This document shows, one piece after another, positions 8,553-17,976 of a stretch of 64,000 nt of DNA. Both the position numbers and the translations under genes were made by a program. The stretch covers positions 28,698-92,697 of the forward strand of contig CAMTVK010000021.1 of the NCBI GenBank assembly GCA_947085185.1. The letters run 5' to 3'. Numbering within the stretch: the stretch's first letter is position 1; every line of letters begins with the position of its first letter. The notes below the pieces were generated by a model. It made no database searches. It saw only the letters and a program-made list of their open reading frames with translations, and had not been told where the DNA came from. This stretch comes from Candidatus Fraserbacteria bacterium (GTDB lineage Bacteria; Bipolaricaulota; Bipolaricaulia; RBG-16-55-9; DRXL01).

Positions 8553-9340
8553 GGTCGCTGAATCTGAATGGGCTCGCCGGGGCGGGCGCGCAGGCGCTGG
8601 GCCGCGCTGTTGAGATACGCGGCGATCTCGACTTGGCCGTGGCTGCCCACCGTGACCACAAGATCGTTGGGTTCCGCCTCGCCATAGGTCTCCACACAGC
8701 GAGCTGATACAGATTTGCGCGAGGCTTCGATGACCACAGGTGTCCCTGGTTGAGCGAGGGCGTATAAGAGTTCGCCGGAGATATTCGTGATGACGTTCCC
8801 GAACGAGTCAATGTAGATGACCTCTCCTTCAAGGACGCGTCCGCGGCGGACGCCCTCCCCAAACGAGAGCTTTATATAGTCATGGATCTGAGGCCCAAGC
8901 TCCTGAGGAGAAAGCCCCATGGCCAAGTGGGCTGCGACCGGTGCAAAGATATCGCGCCCATGAAACGTCCGCGAGACCGGGGCGTGAAAGTATCGTGCGT
9001 TCTCGATCGAGTATACCGTAAACGCTCCCAAGCGCTGGGCTGCGGGGATCAAGAGCCCGTTGTCCGGCCCGATAAAGAGCTGTCCTCCTGAGGAGATCAC
9101 TATGGCCCGGCGTGCCGTGCCCACGCCGGGGTCAACTACGGCGCAGTGTACGGTCTTCTCTGGAAAGTAGGGCGCGACCATCCAGAGTAAAAACGCCCCT
9201 CCCCGGATGTGATGGCGCTCGACGTCATGGCTGATATCTAGAATATGAGCTGTGGGGCAGGTCTTGATGATGACGCCCTTCATCGCGGCGGGGTATCCCG
9301 ACGCTGAGCCAAAATCGCTGAGCAAGGTGATGAGAGCCAT
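8549..9340 (-). CDS. SAM hydroxide adenosyltransferase / chlorinase-fluorinase family (DUF62)
   Basis: ITLLSDFG, VVDPGVGTARR, GPDNGLL, TFHGRDIFAP, IDSFGNVITN; start at MALITLL. Confidence 0.92.
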   Translation of the reverse strand: MALITLLSDFGSASGYPAAMKGVIIKTCPTAHILDISHDVERHHIRGGAFLLWMVAPYFPEKTVHCAVVDPGVGTARRAIVISSGGQLFIGPDNGLLIPAAQRLGAFTVYSIENARYFHAPVSRTFHGRDIFAPVAAHLAMGLSPQELGPQIHDYIKLSFGEGVRRGRVLEGEVIYIDSFGNVITNISGELLYALAQPGTPVVIEASRKSVSARCVETYGEAEPNDLVVTVGSHGQVEIAAYLNSAAQRLRARPGEPIQIQRP

Positions 9341-9413
9341 ATAAATCATTGTAGAAACGTTTGTTTGCTCGTGCAAGCGTTGATGCGGGAGATCCCGTGT
9401 GGGATTACAGAGG

Positions 9414-10538
9414 TCAAAGCGTGCGCTCAATATATACTCGCGCGACGCGCTTCGAGAGCGCCGTAAGCACGACTTCGGTAAAATTTGCCCCGATCTTGCG
9501 CGCAATCTCTTCGGCCGTGATGTGGGGACCAATCAGTTCGACTTCATCCCCGACTTGCGCTTCGGGAACATCTGTCACGTCGACAGTAATCTGGTCCATC
9601 GAGATCGCGCCTACGATGGGGGCGCGCTTGCCGCCAATGACGACCTCTCCGACGTTGGCCAGCAGCCAGATCACTCCATCGGCGTAGCCCACGGGGATCG
9701 TGACGATCTTTGCCTGTCTCTTCGTGTGAAAGCGTCGCCCGTAGCCGATAAAGCTCCCCGGCGGCAGCTCGTTCATGGTCACGATCCAGCTGCGCATTCT
9801 CAGAATGGGCTTGATCGGCTCCGTCCACGCTCGACGCACTTCGGGATACCCATAGAGTAAGATCCCCGGACGGATCATATTATAATAGCCCGTGGTCACC
9901 TCGCTCTCGTACTGCACTAGTCCTGAGCTGTTGGCAATATGTCTCAAGGGGGGAAGAATCCCCTCGCGATCGAGTTGGGCTAGGAGCTCGTGGAAGACGG
10001 CGATCTGGTGTCGTGTGAATTGTTGGTCTTCTGCTTGTTCGCTGTACGAGCACGCAAAGTGCGAAAAGATCCCGGTGCATTCGAGTGAGGGCATAGCCGA
10101 GATCGCTCGACAGATCGTGATAGTATCTTTGGGGAGGGCGCCGTTGCGCCCCATCCCCGTGTCAACTTTGACCTGCACGCGGACTCTGCGGCCCTGGTGC
10201 TGCGCCTCTGCGGCAAGCGCTTGCGCGAATTCCAAGCTCGAGATAGTGATATCTACGTCGGTGCGCACCAGCTCAGCAAGATGAGCTATTCTCGAAGAAG
10301 CTAGGATCAGAATGGGGGTTTTAATGCCGGCCTCACGCAGCTCTTGAGCTTCGGCGATATTGGCGACCCCAAAGTAATCAACGCCGGCTTGCTCAGCAGC
10401 GCGTGCGACGCCCACCGCGCCATGCCCGTAGGCGTCGGCCTTCACCGGGAAGAGAATCTTTATGCGCTCTCCTACCCGCGCGCGCACCGTCGCGATGTTC
10501 TGGGCAAGCTGCTTGAGATCTATGATGGCCTCGGACAT
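9414..10538 (-). CDS. alr: alanine racemase
   Basis: PLP motif VKADAYGHG; KVDTGMGRNG, HIANS, RPGILLYG, GYADG, SMDQ. Confidence 0.95.
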   Translation of the reverse strand: MSEAIIDLKQLAQNIATVRARVGERIKILFPVKADAYGHGAVGVARAAEQAGVDYFGVANIAEAQELREAGIKTPILILASSRIAHLAELVRTDVDITISSLEFAQALAAEAQHQGRRVRVQVKVDTGMGRNGALPKDTITICRAISAMPSLECTGIFSHFACSYSEQAEDQQFTRHQIAVFHELLAQLDREGILPPLRHIANSSGLVQYESEVTTGYYNMIRPGILLYGYPEVRRAWTEPIKPILRMRSWIVTMNELPPGSFIGYGRRFHTKRQAKIVTIPVGYADGVIWLLANVGEVVIGGKRAPIVGAISMDQITVDVTDVPEAQVGDEVELIGPHITAEEIARKIGANFTEVVLTALSKRVARVYIERTL

Positions 10539-10681
10539 GCATGGGCGCATACCGTCGTCAGTATATGATCTTTTGGGCTGTGATCCAAGAGAGTTCGACC
10601 CTTGGGCACAAGACCAACTCCCGTGCTCATCAGGACGTGTGTCTCCTTCAGGAGGCGGTGTGCTGCGTACAATCAGCTCTC

Positions 10682-11422
10682 ATGAGCAATAAGACTATCG
10701 GGATTTTAGGCGGCATGGGACCGGCGGCCACGGTCGAGCTCTTCCGACGCATCGTGCTCTTGACGCCCGCACAGTGTGATCAAGATCACATTCCCGTCGT
10801 TATAGATAATAATCCCCAGATTCCCGATCGGGGGCCGTTCATCTTAGAAGGTGGGCCTGATCCTCGTCCGGCCCTCTGCCGCAGCGCAAGAAAGTTAGAG
10901 CGCATGGGCGCCAGCTTCATCGTCATGCCGTGCAATACGGCTCATGTCTTCTTGCCCTATCTGAGGAAAGCCGTTCGTATCCCGTTTATAGATATGGTCG
11001 CGGAGACGGCTCAGAGAATTTCAGAATCTCTCGTGGGGTTGCTTGCGACCGAGACGACCGTGCGCACGAGGCTCTATCACGACGCGTGTGCACCGTATGG
11101 GATTGAAGTCCTGACGCCCTTCGTGGACGACCAAGCCCGCGTGATGGAGATTATTTATGCGATCAAGGGTGGTGCGTTCGATCTCGTGATGAAGCGTGAT
11201 CTGCGCGCGATCGCCGCGCGCTTGCGCGAGCGTGGCGCCGCTGCGCTTATAGTGGGGTGCACCGAGCTCTCGCTTGTCATATGCCAAGACGATTTTGATG
11301 GGATAGTCTACGATGCTTTGGATATCTTAGCGCGCGCGGCAGTGCGCGAGGCTCTCTGGACTCACCAGACGAGGGAGCGCGTGCGCATGAGCGAAGCTGA
11401 TTGTACACGAAAGCTGCTATGA
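10682..11422 (+). CDS. aspartate/glutamate racemase family
   Basis: IGILGGMGPAAT, PCNTAH and GCTEL catalytic Cys motifs. Confidence 0.92.
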   Translation: MSNKTIGILGGMGPAATVELFRRIVLLTPAQCDQDHIPVVIDNNPQIPDRGPFILEGGPDPRPALCRSARKLERMGASFIVMPCNTAHVFLPYLRKAVRIPFIDMVAETAQRISESLVGLLATETTVRTRLYHDACAPYGIEVLTPFVDDQARVMEIIYAIKGGAFDLVMKRDLRAIAARLRERGAAALIVGCTELSLVICQDDFDGIVYDALDILARAAVREALWTHQTRERVRMSEADCTRKLL

Positions 11423-11838
11423 ATCTGAACTGGGAGTTAGCAGCACGACTCGTAGTGGCAGCGTTATTTGGGGCATTGATCGGCTGGGAGCGCGAGCGGG
11501 CCCAGCGCCCTGCGGGCTTGAGAACCTATATGCTTGTCGCTTTTGGCGCAGCGCTCTTTACGGTGCTCTCTCTCACGGGGTTTGGGCCTGGTGCCGATCC
11601 TGGGCGGTTGGCGGCGAACATCGCTGTAGGGATCGGGTTTTTAGGGGCAGGCACGATCTTTCGTGAGGGGGAAGTCGTGCGCGGGCTGACCACGGCTGCC
11701 GGGCTCTGGACTGTAGCAGCCATTGGGATGGCCGCTGGGGTTGGAGAATATCTCCTTGCGGGGATCTCAACCGCGATCGTGCTCGTTATATTAGGCGGCG
11801 TGCGCGTCTTAGAGACGCACAAGAACTCCAGGCTATAG
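11419..11838 (+). CDS. MgtC/SapB family membrane protein
   Basis: IGWERE..QRPAGLRT, GIGFLGAG, GLTTAAGLW; ATGA overlap with the upstream gene. Confidence 0.93.
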   Translation: MNLNWELAARLVVAALFGALIGWERERAQRPAGLRTYMLVAFGAALFTVLSLTGFGPGADPGRLAANIAVGIGFLGAGTIFREGEVVRGLTTAAGLWTVAAIGMAAGVGEYLLAGISTAIVLVILGGVRVLETHKNSRL

Positions 11839-12459
11839 TCTCCGGCTGAGCGCCATGCCGTCGCGCAACGGGACGATCACCGTCTCTAGGAATGGGTGCT
11901 TTTTGAGATATTCGTTGAACTCTCGGATCGCTTGGGTAGTAGCATCGGAGTCGTCTCCGACGACTCGGCCGCTCCAGAGGACGTTATCGGTCACGATGAG
12001 CGCGCCGCGCTTCAGCTTGGGGAGCGCTACTTCTAGCAGCGCTCTGTATTGATGCTTCTCGGCGTCGAGGAAGAGAAAATCGAATCTCCCTCGCAGGGTG
12101 GGGATCACGTCCATGCCATCGCCCACCAAGACGGTGACGCGGCGGCTCAAGCCCGCTTCGGCGATGTTGCGTCGGGCTTCTTCGGCTCTCTGCTCGTTGT
12201 ACTCAATAGTTATGAGGCGTCCGCTGTGGCAAGCTCGCGCCAGCCAGATCGTCGAGTACCCGATCGCCGTGCCGATCTCTAGGATTCTCTTTGCGCGTGC
12301 TAGGCGTGCTAAGAGATAGAGAAATCGTCCCGCATGCGGGCCAACGATGGGAATATTTCGGGCTTGGGCTTCTTGCTCTAAGCGCACCAAGATCGGATCG
12401 CGCGGGGGCAAGAGCTCATAGAGATACTGTTCTACAGCGGGGTTGGTGATGCCGTTCAT
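11833..12459 (-). CDS. O-methyltransferase (class I SAM, family 3)
   Basis: ILEIGTAIGYST, FDFLFLDAEK, DNVLWSG, DG. Confidence 0.92.
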   Translation of the reverse strand: MNGITNPAVEQYLYELLPPRDPILVRLEQEAQARNIPIVGPHAGRFLYLLARLARAKRILEIGTAIGYSTIWLARACHSGRLITIEYNEQRAEEARRNIAEAGLSRRVTVLVGDGMDVIPTLRGRFDFLFLDAEKHQYRALLEVALPKLKRGALIVTDNVLWSGRVVGDDSDATTQAIREFNEYLKKHPFLETVIVPLRDGMALSRRL

Positions 12460-12482
12460 ACATAGTATCATAGAGCAAGGGG

Positions 12483-13271
12483 ATGCCCAGCGCAAGCCCG
12501 ATGCGTATGTGCCCAGATCGTGATAGACCGATTCATCTGAAGCTTGTTCAGATCAGCAAGAGCTTTTCTCGTGATGGGCTGCGGTTGCCGGTGCTGGACA
12601 AGATCGATTTAGAAGTTCGAGCCGGGGAACTGGTCGCGCTGATAGGCCCCAGCGGCTGTGGCAAGACCACGCTCTTGCACATCATCGCTGGGGTGATCGC
12701 GCCAGATTCAGGGACGATCTATGTGAACGGCTCTCCGATCGTGGGGAACAGACAGGTCGCCTATATGCAACAGAAGGATCTGCTCTTGCCCTGGCGGACT
12801 GCTCTTGCGAACGCGATCCTTGGCCCGGAGATCGCCGGGGAAGACTTAAAAGAAGCTGAAGAGTGCGCACGGCAGCTCTTTGCAGAGTTTGGGCTTATGG
12901 GCTTTGAGAGTGCTTATCCAGCCCAGCTTTCCGCGGGGATGCGCCAGCGCGTCGCCCTCATCCGCACCTTGCTGTCTCGAAAAGAGATTCTCTTGCTCGA
13001 TGAGCCCTTCGGAGCGCTCGACGCCCTCACCCGAGCTGAGCTGCACGAATGGCTCTTGCGCGCTTGGGAAAAGTCTCCCCAGACGACGCTCTTTGTCACC
13101 CACGACGTCGAAGAGGCACTCAAGCTCGCTGACAGAGTCTATGTGCTCTCGGGGCGTCCCGCGCGCGTCAAAGCTCTCATTACGGTCTGTCTGGGGCGTC
13201 CACGTGACCCAACTCACCCTGATTTTGTCGCATTGAAAGCCGAGCTCTGGCGCGCGTTGCAGGCCTCTTGA
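12483..13271 (+). CDS. ABC transporter ATP-binding protein, NitT/TauT type
   Basis: GPSGCGKT, LLPWRT, LSAGMRQR, LLDEPFGALD, VTHD. Confidence 0.9.
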   Translation: MPSASPMRMCPDRDRPIHLKLVQISKSFSRDGLRLPVLDKIDLEVRAGELVALIGPSGCGKTTLLHIIAGVIAPDSGTIYVNGSPIVGNRQVAYMQQKDLLLPWRTALANAILGPEIAGEDLKEAEECARQLFAEFGLMGFESAYPAQLSAGMRQRVALIRTLLSRKEILLLDEPFGALDALTRAELHEWLLRAWEKSPQTTLFVTHDVEEALKLADRVYVLSGRPARVKALITVCLGRPRDPTHPDFVALKAELWRALQAS

Positions 13272-13296
13272 CAGGACCCATACAGAGTGCTATACT
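13268..13296 (+). promoter_or_regulatory. sigma70 promoter of the thi transport operon
   Basis: TTGACA-17-TATACT with extended -10 TG. Confidence 0.75.
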
Positions 13297-13305
13297 CTCT
13301 GTGTC

Positions 13306-13394
13306 ACAGGGGAGCTCGGGGAACCGGGCTGAGAGGGTCTCTACTCTGAGACCGACCCTTGGAACCTGATCCGGGTAATGCCGGCGTAGGGAAC
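13306..13394 (+). promoter_or_regulatory. TPP riboswitch (THI box)
   Basis: AGGGGAGC...GCTGAGAG...GACCCTTGGAACCTGATCCGGGTAATGCCGGCGTAGGGAA consensus, upstream of thiB. Confidence 0.96.
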
Positions 13395-13447
13395 CTTCAG
13401 CGTCCTCCCGAGATCTCTCCGAGAAACTCTCGAAGGAGGGATCTATC

Positions 13448-14479
13448 ATGCTGCGTCGCGTAGCGCTCGTCGCGCTGCTCAGCGGATTGGTGCTGGCTTG
13501 GGGAGACTCTTTGGCCCAAGTCGGCGAGGGCTCTAAGCTCGTCGTCTATACCTACGAGAGCTTCGTCGCATGGGGACCGGCAAAGTTCATCAAGACCGAG
13601 TTTGAAAAGCAACATCCTGGCCTTGAAGTCGAATTCGTGGCTGCGGGGCCAAGCCGAGCGATGTTTGCTCGCCTGGTCAACGAGACGATCTCCGGGGGTA
13701 CACCCGCCGATCTCTTCCTTGGCGAGATCAACGACGTGCCCCGAGCGAAAAAGTTCGGACTCTTTGCCCCAATCACCCCTCAAGAGATCCCTAATCTCCA
13801 GTTCGTCCCTCAAGAATTGTTGCTCGACCCAGATCTCACAATCGTCCCCTATGAGCATGGGTTCATCACGCTCGTCTACGATAGCACCAAGCTCCAGCCC
13901 CAAGAGCTGCCCAAGACGTTTGAAGACCTCACCAAGCCCCAGTACCGAAAGAAGCTCATCGTGCAGAATGCTCTGACATCGAGCGTGGGCCAGTCGTTCT
14001 TGTTCTGGACTATCTTTAATTATGGGGATGGCAAATATCTGGAGTACTGGAGGAGGCTCCTGCCCTCGATCCTAACGATTCAGCCCGGCTGGAGCGCGGC
14101 GTACAAGCTCTTCACCAAGGGCGAAGCCCCCATGGTCGTGAGCTTCTCCACCGATGCGTGCTTCGACGCGCGCTACCAGCCACTCTTGCTCAATTCCCAA
14201 GGATACCGCACAATCTTTGGGGCAAGTGTCGTCAAGAGCACAGACAACCCCAAGCTCGCCCGAGAGTTCATAAATTTCTTGCTCTCGGTCGCAGTCCAAG
14301 AGAAGCTGCCCGATACGGAAGTGATGTTCCCGGCAAACTCTCAAGCGAAGCTCCCCGAAAGATGGCGCACTTGTGCGGTCGTGCCCTCTGAGCCAGTGAT
14401 GATCCCCCTTAATTATGTAGCTGAGCATGCCGACCGCTGGCTGGAGGAGTGGGCCCGTTTGGTCGTGACAGGACGGTAG
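13448..14479 (+). CDS. thiB: thiamine ABC transporter substrate-binding protein
   Basis: Signal peptide; VYTYESF..WGP, GWSAAY.LF..GEAPMVVSFST; downstream of the TPP riboswitch. Confidence 0.9.
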   Translation: MLRRVALVALLSGLVLAWGDSLAQVGEGSKLVVYTYESFVAWGPAKFIKTEFEKQHPGLEVEFVAAGPSRAMFARLVNETISGGTPADLFLGEINDVPRAKKFGLFAPITPQEIPNLQFVPQELLLDPDLTIVPYEHGFITLVYDSTKLQPQELPKTFEDLTKPQYRKKLIVQNALTSSVGQSFLFWTIFNYGDGKYLEYWRRLLPSILTIQPGWSAAYKLFTKGEAPMVVSFSTDACFDARYQPLLLNSQGYRTIFGASVVKSTDNPKLAREFINFLLSVAVQEKLPDTEVMFPANSQAKLPERWRTCAVVPSEPVMIPLNYVAEHADRWLEEWARLVVTGR

Positions 14480-14482
14480 CTT

Positions 14483-16189
14483 GTGAGCGCGCGAAAGTGG
14501 GGAGGGGAGCAGGCTCTGCTCGCCCTCCCCTTGCTCTTCTTAGCGATCTTCTTCTATGGGCCCTTGGTGAACTTGCTGCGCCAGGGCCTCACCAGAGATG
14601 GAGCGCCTTCGCTGGACTTTATCCAAGCAGTCCTCACCGATGACTATTTTCAGCATGTCATTCTCTTTACGCTCGCTCAGGCGCTCCTGAGCACCCTGGC
14701 CAGCATTGCTCTTGGGCTGCCCTTGGCGTATCTCCTTGTGCACTATGACTTCCCCCTCAAGAGAGTCGTGCGCTCTTTGACGATTGTGCCCTTTGTGCTG
14801 CCGGCGATCACGGTCGCGCTGGGGTTCGCGTTGCTCTTTGGGCGCACTGGGTATCTCAATCGGTTCTTGATGGGGCTCTTTGAGCTGAGCGAGCCGCCCC
14901 TCCCCATTATGTATTCCCTGACGGGGATAGTGCTCGCGCATGCGTTTTATAACGCTCCGATCATCACGCGCGCGGTGCACGCCGCGTGGGAGCGCTTAGA
15001 CCCACGATATGAAGAGAGCGCGCGGGCTTTGGGAGCTTCGCGCTTTTATATCTTCAAAGATATCACCCTGCCCATGCTGCTGCCGGGGGTGCTCAGCGGC
15101 GCAGCGTTAGTATTTATCTTTTGCTTTCTGAGTTTTCCCATCGTATTATCCGTGGGCGGAGGACGATTCTCGACCATCGAAGTCGAGATCTATACGAGAG
15201 TTGTCACCCGGCTCGATCCCCAGTTTATAAATTACAAAATAGGCGCAGCGTTGGCGCTTGTTGGCCTTGTGATCTCTTTAGGGATGACGTATTTCTATGT
15301 GCGCTTGCAGGGGGAGTTTGCGCGTCAGGTGGAACACGTGCGCCCGCGGCCTACTGTGCCGCTCTTTCGGGGAGTTCGCGATCTTTTCCGTCCGACCAGG
15401 CTCGTGCTCTTTCTGTATGTGCTTGTCAGCGTGGTGCTATTTCTTGGCCCTATCCTTGCAGTCGTCGCGGATTCCCTCTGGGAGGACACTCCCGCAGGGG
15501 GCCGCTGGACCCTCCGCTGGTACTCATATATATTTGCGCCGGACTACGAAGCGCTCCTGGGGGATTCGCCCCTGCAGGCGATCTTCAACAGCATCGGCTT
15601 TGGTGTGGCCGCGACGCTCATCGCTCTGCCCATGGGAATGGTGTTCGCGTATGTCATTGCTCGGCTGCGCTGGAGGGGACAACGGCTCTTTGATGCGCTG
15701 CTTATGGCCCCGTTGGCGACGTCCTCGATCGTTGTGGCGTTTGCCCTGCTGCAGACGTTTAACGCGCCGCCGCTGCGGCTAGTCGGCACAGCCAGCGCCG
15801 TGATCATCGCGCACGCGGTCATTATCTTCCCGTTTATCGTGCGGGCGCTCGTGCCGGTCTGGGAGAATCTCGACTTCAAGCTTGTAGAGATGGCTCGCAG
15901 TTTAGGGGCGTCGCGCCTGCGGGCGCTGCGCGAGATTGAGCTGCCCCTCTTAGCTGGTGGGCTGCTTGCCGGAGCGGTCTTCGCCTTTGCCCTGAGTTTA
16001 GGGGAGATGAGCGCGACATTGATGCTTGCCCGACCGGGACTGAACACCATGCCCGTGGCGGTCTATAGATTTCTCAGCCAGCATGCGCTTGGGGCGCCCA
16101 GCGCCATGAGCACGGTGATGATCGTCGTCTCGGCGGTGGCGTTTATAGTATTGGAGCGCTGGGGGGAGCGAGCGCTTAAGCGCTTGTAG
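14483..16189 (+). CDS. thiP: thiamine ABC transporter permease (duplicated)
   Basis: Two EAA-type loops (ESARALGAS, EMARSLGAS), LAHAFYN; operon context. Confidence 0.87.
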   Translation: MSARKWGGEQALLALPLLFLAIFFYGPLVNLLRQGLTRDGAPSLDFIQAVLTDDYFQHVILFTLAQALLSTLASIALGLPLAYLLVHYDFPLKRVVRSLTIVPFVLPAITVALGFALLFGRTGYLNRFLMGLFELSEPPLPIMYSLTGIVLAHAFYNAPIITRAVHAAWERLDPRYEESARALGASRFYIFKDITLPMLLPGVLSGAALVFIFCFLSFPIVLSVGGGRFSTIEVEIYTRVVTRLDPQFINYKIGAALALVGLVISLGMTYFYVRLQGEFARQVEHVRPRPTVPLFRGVRDLFRPTRLVLFLYVLVSVVLFLGPILAVVADSLWEDTPAGGRWTLRWYSYIFAPDYEALLGDSPLQAIFNSIGFGVAATLIALPMGMVFAYVIARLRWRGQRLFDALLMAPLATSSIVVAFALLQTFNAPPLRLVGTASAVIIAHAVIIFPFIVRALVPVWENLDFKLVEMARSLGASRLRALREIELPLLAGGLLAGAVFAFALSLGEMSATLMLARPGLNTMPVAVYRFLSQHALGAPSAMSTVMIVVSAVAFIVLERWGERALKRL

Positions 16190-16193
16190 GGCT

Positions 16194-17270
16194 ATGCGCG
16201 TCACTCTCCACAAAATCACAAAACGCTTCGGCTCAACGGGTGCTCTCGAGGGCGTCTCTCTTGAGATAAACGATGGAGAGCTGCTGGCGCTGGTGGGCCC
16301 CAGCGGCTGCGGCAAGACGACTCTTCTGAGAGTAGTCGCGGGTTTAGAAACCCCCGACTCTGGAGATATTCTCTTTGACGGGCGGAGTGTGCTGAGCGTG
16401 CCACCGGAGCGGCGCGGGGTCGGATTAGTCTTTCAAAATTACGCGCTCTTCCCGCATATGACGGTCTTTCATAATATTGCGTATGGGCTGAAGTTTGCAA
16501 AAAATCTCCCAGTGAGTGTGCCAGGGCGAGTGCGAGAGCTTTTGAAGCTGATGGGGTTAGAAGGGCTGGAAGATCGGATGCCCTCGGAGCTCTCGGCGGG
16601 GCAGCAACAGCGCGTGGCGCTGGCGCGCGCGCTCGCCCCCAATCCCAACGTGCTCTTGCTCGATGAACCCCTCAGTGCTCTTGACGCGAAGCTGCGTGAG
16701 CGCCTCCGCGTAGAGATAAAGAAGATTCAAAGGGCTTTTAAGATCACAACGCTCTACGTCACCCACGACCAAGAAGAAGCCCTCGCTGTGGCGGATCGGG
16801 TCGCGGTCATGAGCGTCGCGCGTATTGAGCAGGTCGGAGCACCCACAGAGATTTATAACGCTCCCGCGACGGAGTTTGTCGCGCGCTTTATCGGCCGTGG
16901 GAATCTGCTTCAAGGGCGGGTCGTGCGCTGCGACCGCGAAGAGCTCGTGCTCTCCGTAGGGGATGGCTTCATTCGCACGCGCGCGGACGGCTCTCTCTGG
17001 GTCGGCCAAGCGATTGCTGTGTTGGTGCGGCCGGAGCGCATCCGGTTCGATCGCTACGCTGACAATATCTTGATGGGGACTGTTGTAGGAAGGGAGTTCG
17101 CTGGAGATGCCCTGTGGCTTCATATTGAGACGGCGGCTGGGGTCTTGGTGGTGAAGGCCGACGCTGCCCAGAGCACCATCGCCGATGGCGATGCCGTCCA
17201 GATAGGGTTTAGCGCTGCGGATGTCTGGGTCGTCACCGATCGAAGATTGCCATCCACACCGTCACGATGA
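16194..17270 (+). CDS. ABC transporter ATP-binding protein with TOBE domain (ThiQ/FbpC-like)
   Basis: GPSGCGKT, FQNYALFPH, LSAGQQQR, THDQEEA. Confidence 0.9.
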   Translation: MRVTLHKITKRFGSTGALEGVSLEINDGELLALVGPSGCGKTTLLRVVAGLETPDSGDILFDGRSVLSVPPERRGVGLVFQNYALFPHMTVFHNIAYGLKFAKNLPVSVPGRVRELLKLMGLEGLEDRMPSELSAGQQQRVALARALAPNPNVLLLDEPLSALDAKLRERLRVEIKKIQRAFKITTLYVTHDQEEALAVADRVAVMSVARIEQVGAPTEIYNAPATEFVARFIGRGNLLQGRVVRCDREELVLSVGDGFIRTRADGSLWVGQAIAVLVRPERIRFDRYADNILMGTVVGREFAGDALWLHIETAAGVLVVKADAAQSTIADGDAVQIGFSAADVWVVTDRRLPSTPSR

Positions 17271-17871
17271 GCGTTACGGCAATGAAGACCCAGACGTTGA
17301 GGAACCAGACAGCCGCGATCACGCTATAGATAAATCCGCGCCGTCCCAAGGTGTAACCGTCGCTGCCGCGCATGAACAGATCCGTCAGATATTGAGAGGG
17401 CTCGGTGCCCTCCATCTGGTGGAGCGTGGTGGGCGGAGCGCTGATGAGTATGGACAACAGATTGAAGTAGCGCAGTGCCACAAGGAAGCTGAAAAATGAG
17501 AGAGCCAGCGTGAAGATGATCGTCCAGATCGGGTAATCTTGGGGGCGCAGGCCCCGGCTGGGCAAGTGGGGCAGCTCGATGATCGCTTCCCAGACACCGC
17601 TGAAGCTGATAATAAACCCCAACAGGAGCACGCTCGCTGACGCTAAGAACGTCACGGACATAATAATATTGCGGAGCTGATGCACAACGAGCAGGTGATC
17701 CCCCGATTCGAGGGCGTTCATGAGGGCGCCAGCGACGGCGTGGCGCATCCGGCCCTTGCGCGTTGCGTGAGACCGTCGACGCGACAGATAAAAATACACA
17801 AAATGATACCCATAGAAGCATCCGAAGAACGTGACGAGAGCCACGATCGTCTCAGGGGTGAGGGTTTGCAT
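17233..17871 (-). CDS. DUF599-like membrane protein
   Basis: HQLRNIIMSVTFLASAS...SFFSFLVALRYFN...G.RGF pattern; start at MQTLTP. Confidence 0.75.
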   Translation of the reverse strand: MQTLTPETIVALVTFFGCFYGYHFVYFYLSRRRSHATRKGRMRHAVAGALMNALESGDHLLVVHQLRNIIMSVTFLASASVLLLGFIISFSGVWEAIIELPHLPSRGLRPQDYPIWTIIFTLALSFFSFLVALRYFNLLSILISAPPTTLHQMEGTEPSQYLTDLFMRGSDGYTLGRRGFIYSVIAAVWFLNVWVFIAVTLIVTVWMAIFDR

Positions 17872-17909
17872 AGTCTTATTTATACAGGGTCGCTGACGCT
17901 TGAGCAAGC

Positions 17910-17938
17910 TTGACAGGCCCTCACGGCGAAAGTAAAAT
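17910..17938 (+). promoter_or_regulatory. sigma70 promoter of lon
   Basis: TTGACA-17-TAAAAT. Confidence 0.7.
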
Positions 17939-17976
17939 CTCTTGGAACTCTCTGAAAGAAGGTAGGTGCCCCTTCT

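Noticed and set aside
8549-9340. Fluorinase/chlorinase implying halometabolite biosynthesis
   Set aside because: Housekeeping context (alr, cca) and no biosynthetic cluster; the common DUF62 SAM hydrolase is more likely
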